DNA of 60,659 bases from Craspedostauros australis (Eukaryota). Numbering within the stretch: position 1 is the stretch's first letter; every line of letters begins with the position of its first letter. Of this stretch, positions 35,401 through 44,829 are shown one piece after another. The stretch is from the NCBI GenBank assembly GCA_030167865.1, contig JALAGF010006498.1:1-60659 (forward strand). The letters are read 5' to 3'. The position numbers and the translations under genes were made by a program. Under the pieces are notes generated by a model. It was not told the origin of the DNA. It searched no databases and worked only from the letters and a program-made list of their open reading frames with translations.

Positions 35401-36280
35401 GAAATCGATGAAGGACTCGAAGGTTTCCATGTCGCCGAAGGTGTGCAGCATCCTCCGCACGCACGTGCTGAGGCGGATCTTCGCCGGCATCCGCGACGCG
35501 CCTTGGACGGCAGCAAGCAGGGTGTCTTCCACGGAAGAGCAGCTGATATTGGAGTCGTACACGGACTGTCTGGAGGAGATCCCCATCGAAGTGCTGGGCA
35601 AGGCCGATTTCTTCGCCCTGACGGGCAAGGACGGTTTCGCGGGGGAAGCATTGCGCAGCCGCTGCGTGCTGGGGCTGGTGCAGAACGAGTACTTCACGAC
35701 GCCGGCCCGTGCATCCAGCGAGATCGCCGCGTCGATCACGTGGTTCTGCAAGCAGCTGGCATCGTCCGAGGACGAGATCTTCTCCTCGTCGCTTCTGCGC
35801 GTCGCGTGCGCCGTCGCCGAGGCAACGTCGGTCGAGAATGATGACAAGAGGATCGACATCCTGCTGCGGCTGCTGGAGAATTACCTGTCCATCGGCGCGG
35901 CGGCCACGACGGTGGCACTTCAGATGCTGGCGGCACTCGTGAGCAAGTGGACGGAGGGCATCGGATCCGACGGCGATCTGTCTATGGGGTGCCTGACGGT
36001 GCACGGCATGTCGGAATGGCAACGCCTGTCTCCCCCGACGCTGCAGCAATTCTTCGCGCTGGCCTTGCACGATCTGCCGTACAACTTTGCGCTGTTCTGC
36101 CAAGGCGAGGAGATTTCGGAATCGGCATTCTCGAGGCTGCTGCGGCTGTACAAGAGATGGAGGGAGATCGGCGCCGACCAGGCCACCGTCGATTGCATCC
36201 GCAACATCGTGACGTGCAGTCGGCATGGCGATATCGGCGAGGATGGATTCGTGGCCTTGGGGATCACCATGTTGGTGTGA
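29471..36280 (+). CDS. Large alpha-solenoid protein, focadhesin/RST1 (DUF3730)-like
   Basis: Uninterrupted 2269-aa ORF with HEAT/ARM-like Leu/Ala helices. Segment ISIAVIATLADMAK...DVIGWVQSFI...FALRCLHYLMLSQELEFSLVMVVL resembles the DUF3730 core. CDS is certain; family is tentative. Confidence 0.6.
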   Translation: MNTSSSNTAEKIQKMAEDDVLTLLQRLQRQYHAQGVSGDAGANTSSSARVGMVASGNADGNVRSGGHQAFQQSPKELRMDRPPDAIATALGRQLAQHYQALNVCEIPKGLQEKTLLALCNKKVPTNVLSGFLAKLLQESGPTTASSSSPSSPSSSPNVAPLHGEVESNHDASGTSKSASTPTPNYIQLDWLPQWMVYCEHEYVKSLNQTQSKATSSSIASSFETARRVNKYRNSLRYQSQMSCQQPFLEALTILARAYAQYQSDKLDYLSSAQASGQKIPMMFRNHKNDSQHSRMNSAAQNRLQTGHTIAMTFRQFETDAGRFSFLRECIQIAFRQYAANANDIDDGDEKASMLLRCMISPLLSATVLTPSTSIAASTLCCQEIWRQSWQLVEQTNDLGVLIQKLWHILTWQTKGLDLFLRTVSSCYTTGTIANQHSYTASPVAAKELATQWFHTLLELAVFLQNSILSEAEMEDSVEASAAAAGRDGAKNGGRVGGTKDFQSQHRQRQWQHQRHRRDRNHRDVDYGADYMDGNSDSEKTKTDGISRTLQRSLYLDKCKEWLEHILCTTLLSWFTIVPSYHVSFHSGYQSLLEILAKLSRSSQSTTSSSSPSSLASSSSIKMTDTTFFRLATMALSLPRNDEAMMLVKIISYLSPVPTDKAKTFDTTAPASQSYRTSIFQALKCVLRTNGDKIDPKGNGGHNFITLAASSLLQPVISTVTTNSELSSSRSMKDPNQNIQSIIQFLDDSVVNTEEFLHFVAPASLPDNTEPSMFDINNGIDDDDDIEESAIFPHASILSSIQQNAAFVLGIALSSVDARAATRYWRQMLPVYSHVGIPLLPVWMESINQTCAAQDGALLMKQLDFLCTTLIIDKHCSREVWNLLNSYVLDRKMPITVRTTIIRFFPKLCAANRRLYTRVIDAIGKCLALTKAIAQMDLPEERRIAEIGQISIAVIATLADMAKEGLIRDVSDVIGWVQSFIMAGSTANRFTSSSDETPIHAVLIHFALRCLHYLMLSQELEFSLVMVVLNKHLCDVHDRNQIIRLPLLILEPLVELLGDGGLGDMDHDDDDDDDNDNDENDEDGRGEGSGDGFGRPRGTFDDDHEILANRSRAVRDGDTSQVSKCIETLITLAQSQRLQLHSTMPRNDRTLVNRIRNAIHESLARYSVHALGLNAEGLHRLMTAPAMTTTANGSPNGDGQNGYASDGAKNAMVNANASVAKRYNDLRQIIINGVNSPSSATSKNKSEPDASNSSIAALIVKMMAFEQDSFSANLWHLGGDAANGKRQANAGKANGALDHETDSALPRVAKVQQLYNENSSPTSSVAMLLCFEGKPMTLLNDVALDVRTEERDPLVQSFTVQGWLNAARSLLKDVASAASNSADGYSQANLLESLDSTLQHLRGWRNRHDAPDNALLGLAAVGVFVRDILEADGADCSRQVGSICDDVWEAYDDGDCEDMDSGRVAIALTAIARLHNNDQEGVDRAVNALIRSITDHEGEVTFGAAFGLAIIAQAAYLEFLKDSRPNHVKCAKHIISFLVQLLISLFDEEYSELNDLVDCIKKGRSPDVRRLTALGKQRVRLEKANKTKAKIMFIALAICLPGLAIVNDELLLGVYCMLESIEWGAGKGIAMPSVLRACRQAGLFEARQIEQIYSRYAKVFEDGMEDKFGGLDDVLYAVSATASKTIPDSIRRFLVGNRNLFDEPGRALSIVAATLSIASIPCLGCASESILQTPKLSYSATIKDVKDIVGLIVSGAGTHGWNKYTEICIILTGFMASMDGSIPMLSSGDSVGPESSMEASASDMGMSAMPAPRSGTVLETVITALAGTLTPDSGSTLPKARKVNVEMLLGTLKTLPLPGHFATVLRDIMHSGKQSTKVVCSQLLVSQVRDHHGSGIGGKEFVSLSLQIANTPIASMRGNLGNEDGIKEFIECLSDLVPKIPQGVVAETVDNVWRFCINQIGNHPSWTVSYLAAMEKLMKSMKDSKVSMSPKVCSILRTHVLRRIFAGIRDAPWTAASRVSSTEEQLILESYTDCLEEIPIEVLGKADFFALTGKDGFAGEALRSRCVLGLVQNEYFTTPARASSEIAASITWFCKQLASSEDEIFSSSLLRVACAVAEATSVENDDKRIDILLRLLENYLSIGAAATTVALQMLAALVSKWTEGIGSDGDLSMGCLTVHGMSEWQRLSPPTLQQFFALALHDLPYNFALFCQGEEISESAFSRLLRLYKRWREIGADQATVDCIRNIVTCSRHGDIGEDGFVALGITMLV

Positions 36281-37157
36281 CGAAGTGTGTTGCAGCGTTC
36301 ATAGGTAAGGTATGCTCCACATTGGGTACTCTGGAGGACTACTCTATTGCACCGTATTGCCAATGTGCATATAATTTTATATTTTGACAATAGAACAGAG
36401 TCCAACGCTTGTGGAGATCATTGCATTGTACTATTACGTATTCCATTATACTCTATGAATGGATCACAGAGCCAGGGAAGTCCAGCCCTATCTGGATGAT
36501 GACTTGGTGGCTCCAGCGTGTTTTGGCGCGAAAAGCATGTGCCGCGCTTGCACAATCTATATTCGTTGAATGTAGACTTGTTCAAGGAACGAAATAGCCT
36601 CAATTCCTGATCGCGAACTCTGATGAAAAAATGCGAACATGTTCGTCGAAATCGCGTGGTTGTCGTTGTTTGGTTGTAGTTGGATCTTTGCGTTCCACCT
36701 GGAAAACATGATGAGCTGATTCGAAGGAGTCGCCAGTAAGTTGAAGTACCAGTGCTACCACGCACTTCCAGAGTTCGGGTTCTTTGCGACACGTTATTGG
36801 AGGATCTTTGGCGTTTGTTCGGTTTCGGCACTTTGTGCTCTGGTCATCAGGCTTCTCATCTCCCCTGTTGCTGTTTCCTTGCCACAACCCACGAGAAGCT
36901 TGTGTGGACGAAGATCAATCCATCGCGCCACCTCCTCTCACCGCATCGGAAAACGTCGTCAAAAAGTCCTCCTCGACAACTCACCGCACGTTTTGCTCAT
37001 TGATCGATCGATCGCTTTTGGCCGACTGATTGACGCTTTGATTGATTTCTTGATTGGTCATAGATTGTCTGCAGACTGATTTGAAGCACCAATCCAATTC
37101 AAGTCGAAGACATACTGCAGCAGGAGCAGTTGAAAGGAACGCAAACGCAACGCAAAG

Positions 37158-39095
37158 ATGAAGTACTCCAACGCTCTGATGATGATGATGCTGAGCGCCG
37201 GCAGCGTGTCCAGCGTCGTCAGCGGTTTCACGCCCATGGGACCAGGCGCCCAGATGGTCCGCGGTGGAAGCAGCGGACTCGGCATGTCCTCCACCAAGGA
37301 AGAGGCCAAGACCGAAGACAGCAAGGAGGATGTCGTCGACAAGAACCCCGTCAACATCGGATGGAACACTCATGAGGCAGTGGTATGTTTCTCTCTCTCT
37401 CTCGTTGCATGTATGTGTGTGTGTGTCTATATTGCATTGGCGGATGCGCTTGCCGTTGTGCAATGCAGGCCATGTGACCCGCGCATGCTGCACGTTTCGA
37501 AGGCAGCAGGGCAGCTGTGACACATTGCATGCCTTTCGATTGGATTGGATCGTGCACTCAATCTGCGGCGGTTTGGTCGAAATAATTCCAACCGGTGAAT
37601 TCGGACAGCAGCAGAACTCGAGAGCATGTTCGGAGCCAGATCACTTGCAGATGAGACATGGGATGATCCACGAAGTGAGATCCAGGAGCCACGGTTGCCA
37701 ACCAATTCGGGGAACGCGACGCTCGTCCTTTGGAGGAGGACCTCATTCATCGCGATTCAAAATACCAATCGCAGAAAATTCCTGCGCGCGCTGCATGAAT
37801 TGCGAGAGAATGCACTTTCGCACATTGTGCACATCATATTCAAATGAAATCCTTTCTCACCATCAACTGCATCCCGCTCCTCTTTCAATTTGATTCCACG
37901 CTTGGCTGACGCCCCTGCTTCACCTGCACACCCATCAATGGTCGAATATTGATTGGACGGCATGTTCACAAATTCAATAAATGATTCTCACGGCCGAAAA
38001 CTGGACGACAACAACGACCCCAACATGCACATGCGGCAACCACAATTACCATGACGACGACGACGACGACGACAATATGACACCCATGATAATCATGATT
38101 CTCATGTTGATCATGACGCACAGGAGCAAGCCCCAGACTCTCTCGTCCGCGAAGGTGACGGTCCAGAGGGCAACTTCCCAATGCGATCCAAATTCGAAAA
38201 GATGTGCCGCGACGCTCAGAACTCCATCACGGCCGCCATCGAGGAAATCGACGGCGAGGGCACCTTCCGTGAGGATTGCTGGACCCGCCCCAACGGAGGC
38301 GGTGGTATGTCCCGCGTCCTCACCGGCGGAAAGGTCTTCGAGAAGGCCGGCGTCAACCTCAGCGTCGTCTACGGCAGCATGCCGCAGGAGGCTCTCCAGG
38401 CCGCAACCGAGCGCGGCGTGGACCGTGCCAAGGGCATGAAACCGGGCGAGCGCGTGCCCTTCTTCGCCTGCGGACTGAGCAGTGTGATGCACCCCAAGAA
38501 TCCATTCTGCCCCACCATGCACTTCAATTACCGTTACTTCGAGACCGATGGCGGCGTCTGGTGGTTCGGCGGCGGAACCGACATCACCCCATCCTACATC
38601 AACGAGGATGACATGAAGCACTTTCACGGCACGTACAAGGAGATCTGCGACAAGCACGATCCCAAGTACCACGAGGAGTTCAAGGCCTGGGCCGACCGTT
38701 ACTTCCTGATCCAGCACCGCAACGAGACCCGTGGCTTCGGAGGCATCTTCTTCGACGACCAGAACGACCGCGATGCCGACACCATCTTCGAGTTCAGCAA
38801 GGAGTGCCTCAACTCCGTGGTGAAGGCCTACGGTCCCATCATCGAGGAGCACAAGGACGACGAGTTCACGCAGGAGCAGAAGGAGTGGCAGCTGATGCGA
38901 CGCGGACGTTACGTCGAATTCAACCTCGTGTACGACCGCGGAACGGTGTTCGGACTGAAGACCGGAGGACGTATCGAGAGCATCCTCATGAGTTTGCCAG
39001 AGACCGCGCGCTGGGAGTACAACAAGATCCCAGAGCCTGGTTCACCTGAGGCCGAGTTCATTGAGGTCTGCCAGAACCCAAGAGACTGGGTGTAA
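37158..39095 (+). CDS. hemF: Oxygen-dependent coproporphyrinogen III oxidase, plastid-targeted, 2 exons
   Basis: Signal peptide plus SG-FTP motif. Intron 37383-38123 (GTATGT...CAG), in frame. Motifs [71 protein letters not shown]. Confidence 0.97.
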
Positions 39096-39403
39096 AGTGC
39101 TCTGCTCTGTAACGCTCTAGTACGAGTATGTACATACTCTCACTTTCTCTCTCTCTCTGGAGAGAGGATCTTGGTGGAATTTCATAATAGTGAGGTGTGG
39201 GTACATTTATTAGAACTCTATCAGTCGTCTACCATGATACCATAGATAGTAGAATAGTACAGGAGCACAGCTCAACTATTGTATGCACCAGTACACATGA
39301 TAGACCAGTAGCAACAGTATTGCTCGTTGAGTAGAGCGTGCTACGCACCTCGGTCGACATGATGCGATGGCTAATTTCTCTCTCGCACTATGCTCTATCG
39401 AAT

Positions 39404-41327
39404 TTATTCAAGCTCTCCCTTACTGCACCACTTCATGCTGTGGCACTTCTTTTCAGCTGGATCGATGCCCGTGAGTTCCAGGTACTGTTCTCTGGTGCGC
39501 ACCGTTCCGAGGCCGTAGTGCTCGTACTCCATGAGGACGTTGCCATCCCCGTCACCCTCGATGGTGCTCTTGGATTCCTCCGGGTATCCGACGAGATGCT
39601 TGACGCGACGGATGACGCTGCCCTGGAGCATGGTGTTGAGGTTGGGACGTCCGGAATCACGGCCAACGGACTCCCAGAATTTGGGCAATCCCAGTCGGCC
39701 CTGTGGTTGTTGAGTGTGTTGGATGCACGATGGGATGGAGGAGAGTACAGGGAATCACGAAGCAATAGACAGAGCAGCAGCAGAAGGAGAAGAGACAAAG
39801 GTCAGTCAGGTGTTCTTCCAAGCGGATACCAGTCTCGCACATTCTCCCCCGCAAGTACACCGTTGGGTGGAGTAATTTCAACCAACCCAAGCTTCCACAG
39901 TAACTCCCAAACACTCAAAATGATAATGGCAAACGTACCGGACGATACTGATGAGCAATGAGATTGCGCCGCGGCGCGTATATGTTCCAACCTGCCGTCC
40001 AGGCCCGCATGGACAACGCGATCTCCTCCCCCATGAAGCACCATGGCAGGTAGGGATCGAAGGGAACGTCGGTGAGGAAGGAGGCATGCGCAAAGAAGAA
40101 ACCTGCCGCGATGAAGGCGATCTGCGTGGGACGCGGGGCATCTACGTTGGAACGGCCGTTGGTGTTGATGCGGATGATATGACGCTCGACGGCGTTGTCG
40201 GAGAAGGAGCAGAAGCAGAGACGGGCACCCGGCGTGCCGCCCTGGTACTTGCCAAAGTCCTGGAATCCCGGCGGGTAGGCGCTGAGGATGGACTTTGGGT
40301 AGTTCTTGGAGGCCCGGACCTCTTCCGTGTACTGCGTGTCCCAGTGCTCCGCGAACTCTAGGTGGCTGTCCATCTGCATGAAGTATGTCTCGCCGCCCCA
40401 TAGCTTGCTGGCGTAGTAGCGCGCCACGGCGGGTCCCAGGGCGTCGGTCTCGTGCATGTAGATGACGCGGACCTGTCCGGACTCGCAGTACTTGGAGTAG
40501 GCCGGGTCCGTGCAGAACTCCTCCACGCCGTTCTTGTCGGGCGGCGCGTCGGATATCTTGGCGATGTCGCGGCCCTTGTCGTTCTTGCCGATGACCTGCA
40601 TGCCCGTGCGGCACTGCTCGCCGTCCGTTCCGAAGCAGTTCTGCACGATGGCGCCGAAGTATATGTTGTTTGGGAACTCCGCCTGATCGAAGGCGCTCTT
40701 CATGGTCTGCGCGAGGAGGTGCTCGCGGAAGGCCGCCAGCGAGATGAAGATGGAGCCGTCCTCGCGCACTGGGAAGATGGACCTGCCGCGGTAGGCTGCT
40801 TCGAAGGGCACGAGGTACTCCCTCGCGAGGTCGTAGAAGGACTGCTGGAACTGGTGCTTCTTGGCCTGGATCTCCGAGTTGCGCTTGTTGGAGAGATGCA
40901 GCGCCTGCATGAACTCGGACAGGATGACCGCGATGCCCGGCAGCGTGGGCTTGTTGTTGTGCAGCGTGTCCTCCTTGAGCTGCTGCGCGTTGGGGATCTC
41001 CGCGAAGGGCGGCAGATAGGGGATGGTGGGCTCCATCTGCGCATCCGTCTGCTGAGGCCGCTGCTGCTCCTGCTGCATGATCCGCTGCTTGCTGACATCG
41101 TCCGCGTCCTGCACAGCATTCGCAACACCGCCCGTGAGCCTGTCATGCTGCAGCACGAGGTAGAAGCTGACGGTGAGCGCCAGGCCCGTGAGCAAGGTGA
41201 GCACCAGGAAGATGGGGTTCCTGCCGATGCCCGCGGTGATCGAGGCAGGCGTCGGTTTCGCGGAACGGCCTCCCCTCCTCGCCGCCCGTCTCTTGTCTGG
41301 GGATTTAGTCATCACCATTGTGCACAA
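39404..41327 (-). CDS. GT60 polypeptide/hydroxyproline alpha-GlcNAc transferase (GlcNAc family), type II membrane, 2 exons
   Basis: N-terminal TM; IFISLAAFRE, GPAVARY, QMDSHLEF, AAGFFF, VPFDPYLPWCFMGEEI, RAWTAGWNIYAP. Intron 39938-39701 (GTACGT...CAG) gives HQYRP|GRLGLPKFW. Confidence 0.92.
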
Positions 41328-42636
41328 TAGTATAATATGTTACAATACAATACTATTCTATATTGTAAGAATAGAGGATAGTATTATCTCGCACTCATGC
41401 AAGAGTGGTGAATGGTGGAATGATGTTTGCAACTTGGCGCGAGACCATACCAAGAACAAGAACAGGATGAAGAGCAAGAGCAAGAGCAAGAGCACGGATG
41501 TAGATACAGATGCGGATGCAGGGATCCGTTGGAAACAAGACATTGATGTTCGCGCGCAACCCTGCACCCACCATGACCAACGACAACAACAACCACCAAG
41601 AACGACACGCCAAGAAAGACATTTGCTTTTTGTGACTTCGGAAGGTGAAGTTCGAGTTGGTCGATTGGAAGAGCGAACCGAATGATCACAGTAGTCGTAC
41701 TCAATTCATAAGTTGATACACGACTCGATTGATTCTTGGGAGGAGACGAAACACGATCACGCCGGTCGATCTTTGTTGGTGGTGAGATCATTGAATTGTA
41801 TACAAATGCGAATAAGTTCAATTAATACGCGTGTGAGTTGACGAGGCCGAACGTGCTCGCCACACAGCGCATTTCTCTGTCCAATGATCGACCAAAGTGA
41901 CTGGCGTCGACAAAAAACATTTCGGAACGAAGAAATGACAACATTCGAAAAACGGGAAAGTGGCAGCAACAAGGCGCAGAACAATGGAGTGTGAGTAGTA
42001 GTAGAACAGCGCGGCGCAGGGCAGCGCAAGAGTACCAGAGAGGAGCGTGGCTCAGGAAACGGAGACACATCAAAATCGCCAGTATCCCCAACATCTCCAT
42101 CCTTCCTGTCCTCATCAACATCATCACCACCATCAACATCATCAACAACATTCTGAGAAGCAGCAAGGAGGAGTGACGACAGATACAATCAACAAGCCTT
42201 GTCGTTCTCACACCCGAGTTCGAAAGAAAAGGAAGGTCCGCATCCACGTTCGCATTATCGGTAGCAGTTTCGCGCCAACTCTGCGACATAGCAACACTGC
42301 GACATATAGCAGCAAGATATAGAATAGTAGCAAGATAGGAGGAATAGTAGTACTTGGAGAGCACTGAATCAAGTATCAAGTGTGGAAGGACAATTGTCAC
42401 ACTCCACACACAGACACAGAGAGAGAGAGAGCATCCAGGGAAAGGCTCAGAAGTGCTCTGTCATCATTCCGTATCATCAACTTTGTGTTCAGGATTTCAG
42501 TTGAGTTCAGTTGAGTTGAGTTGGACAGGCAGCACAAAGCGGTTGCGATTGATCACGATAGAGCACGATAGAGCACATCGCATTGCTTGCAACCAGATCA
42601 GCACAGAAGCACAAACAGAAGCAGAAGCAGGAGATT

Positions 42637-44613
42637 ATGGCAACAATGGCAACCACTCCGACTGGAGGCTCCGAAATGAGATCGGCCACTTCGTACCGTT
42701 CGACGCAGTCATCGAGGTCTTCCGTGATGGAGCGTGCAAGGGAGTACTCTCGCAAGATGGACCCTGCGCCAGGCGCTGCACAAGGAGCTGCACAAGGAGC
42801 TGCCTCAGGTACGCCATCCAATCAACAGCAGCAGCAGCAACAACAACAACAGATGGCATCGCCTTCCGCCTCCTCCGCCTATCGTTCCCAATCTGCTGGC
42901 CGGTCTCGCAATGGCAACAGCAGTGGCAACAGCAACGGCAACAACGCCGCAGACGGCCAGCATGGAAGCTCGTCTCACATGGCACATCAAACGCGACCGC
43001 AGGCAGCCACCCCACGCACCAACACGCCCACAGCAGGAGGCAACAACCACGACGGGGCAATGGCAGCAGCAACGCCCAGATCCGCACAGTCGCCATCTCG
43101 CAGATCCAGGCAGAACGACCAGGAGCAGCAGGAACCGGTCGTCTCGACGGAGCTCCTGGTGGACGCGCTCTCGGGACACGAGGATGGACTGCTGGCGATC
43201 GCTGAGAAGCTCATGGAGCACTACGACTCGGGATACGACGTCATGGGGGAGGCCATCATCGATGCCTTCTCGGACGTGCAGAAGCTATTCCAGCATGTCG
43301 TGGAAGCAGCGCATGTAGAGGGTGCGGCCTTCGAGGCCTCCAAAAGCCAGGAGGAGATCAGCGCCCTCAAGCAGCAGCTGGCGGCCGTAGGGGCGGGCGG
43401 CGAGGATGACTACGGCGGCATCGTGCCCTTCGTCAGCACGCCGAACTCTGCGGGATCCAACCCCGCCAACATGCGGATCGACGAGTTCGTCGATCAGGAC
43501 GTCAAGGACTGTCTCACCAAGGCCATCCGCGAGGGCACCACCCTCAGGGGCCAGAACCAGCACGACGAGTGCTTCGCGCTATTTTCCCATGCCTGCCAGT
43601 CCGCTTCCTCCCTCCTCCCCGTGGACAGCGACCACCGCGCGCGCCTCCAGCTCAGCTTGGAGAGGTCCAAGACCATGCCGCCGGACCGTGCCTGCGCCAT
43701 CCTCAGGTACGCCATGGACGACGTCCTGCGATCGGGAATGCGGGCGGGCAAGGTACCCCTCCCGGATCCATCCAAGCGCGCCGACGTCGTCCTCTCCAAA
43801 CCCAAGGGACATCCCTCCATGAACGGTTCCACCGGTCAGGCAGGCGTCGTCCAGTCCAGCGAGGAGGCCCTCAACTCCTTGGTCGAGGAGATGAAGGAGG
43901 TCATCAGCGCCCCCATCTACGACAACACGCCCGTCCGCAACATCTCGCAACGATTCTGGTCCGCCCTCAGCGACGCGCAGAAGTTGCAGCTGCGCAATGA
44001 GGAACGCCTCGAGCACAATCTCGGAAAGTACAAGGTCGAGTATCTATTGGCCAGAGCGGTAAGTCAAGCGACATGGCCTCAATATTTATTTGTTTCAACA
44101 TTCATCATCTTCATGCCACGCACAGTCTCACACTAAATCCATCATCTTCAACTCTTCTTCATTCATACTACTTCATACTCACAGGAATGGGAGGAAAAGC
44201 TCAACAGCACGCAGGAGATGGCAGAAACGTACAAGCAGAAATACCTCACCTTGAAGGGCAATGACAATGCCATCGCCGAGGATGCCTTCGGAAGGCCCAT
44301 GCTTACTGGCGTGGGCCAATCCAACCAGACCAAATCCACGGATTCCTCCATCCACTACGACTTCGCCTCGGCGAGAGGCAAACCCCACAAAGCCTCCAGA
44401 GGTGTCGAGTCTGTGGCCTCGATAGGCAGCTCCATGGCACAGCACGCCAGAAGCTTGGTCGGATCCTTCGCCTGCTCCGGCATCAACGAACGCACGGGTG
44501 GGGTCCTCGCCACGGAACTCGCGGAACACCAAGCCCAGGCGCAGTGGAGAGAAAAGAGAAAGAATGCCAAGGGTGCGGTCAAGACGCAGCAGCAGCAGTA
44601 TCAGGATTTGTAA
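42637..44613 (+). CDS. Hypothetical protein with coiled-coil regions, 2 exons
   Basis: Long GC3-rich ORF. Intron 44059-44184 (GTAAGT...CAG) joins YLLARA|EWEEKLNSTQEMAETYK in frame. Confidence 0.8.
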
Positions 44614-44829
44614 AAGTTGCGCCAGCGATAGTAGCAGCACGGATTGACAACATTGAGCACAGAGTGGAGTGGCGGAATATCGTACATTCGTTGAGCTTCG
44701 TGCGAGCCTTTCTCACGTGCATTGTCGGTAAGGGCATTGCATATATAACGCAAGGCATATACGGATACATGAATATGTTCCCAATTGTGTATTCATTTAC
44801 ATGTTACTGTGCTCTCGATACTCGAGGCT

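Noticed and set aside
39701..39938. H/ACA snoRNA in the GT60 intron
   Set aside because: One weak hairpin and an ACA triplet, but no convincing H box or second hairpin; it would need an Infernal scan.
1488..41327. Polysaccharide biosynthesis cluster (GH16, sulfotransferase, GT60)
   Set aside because: Genes are 10-25 kb apart, interspersed with unrelated housekeeping genes, and belong to large families.
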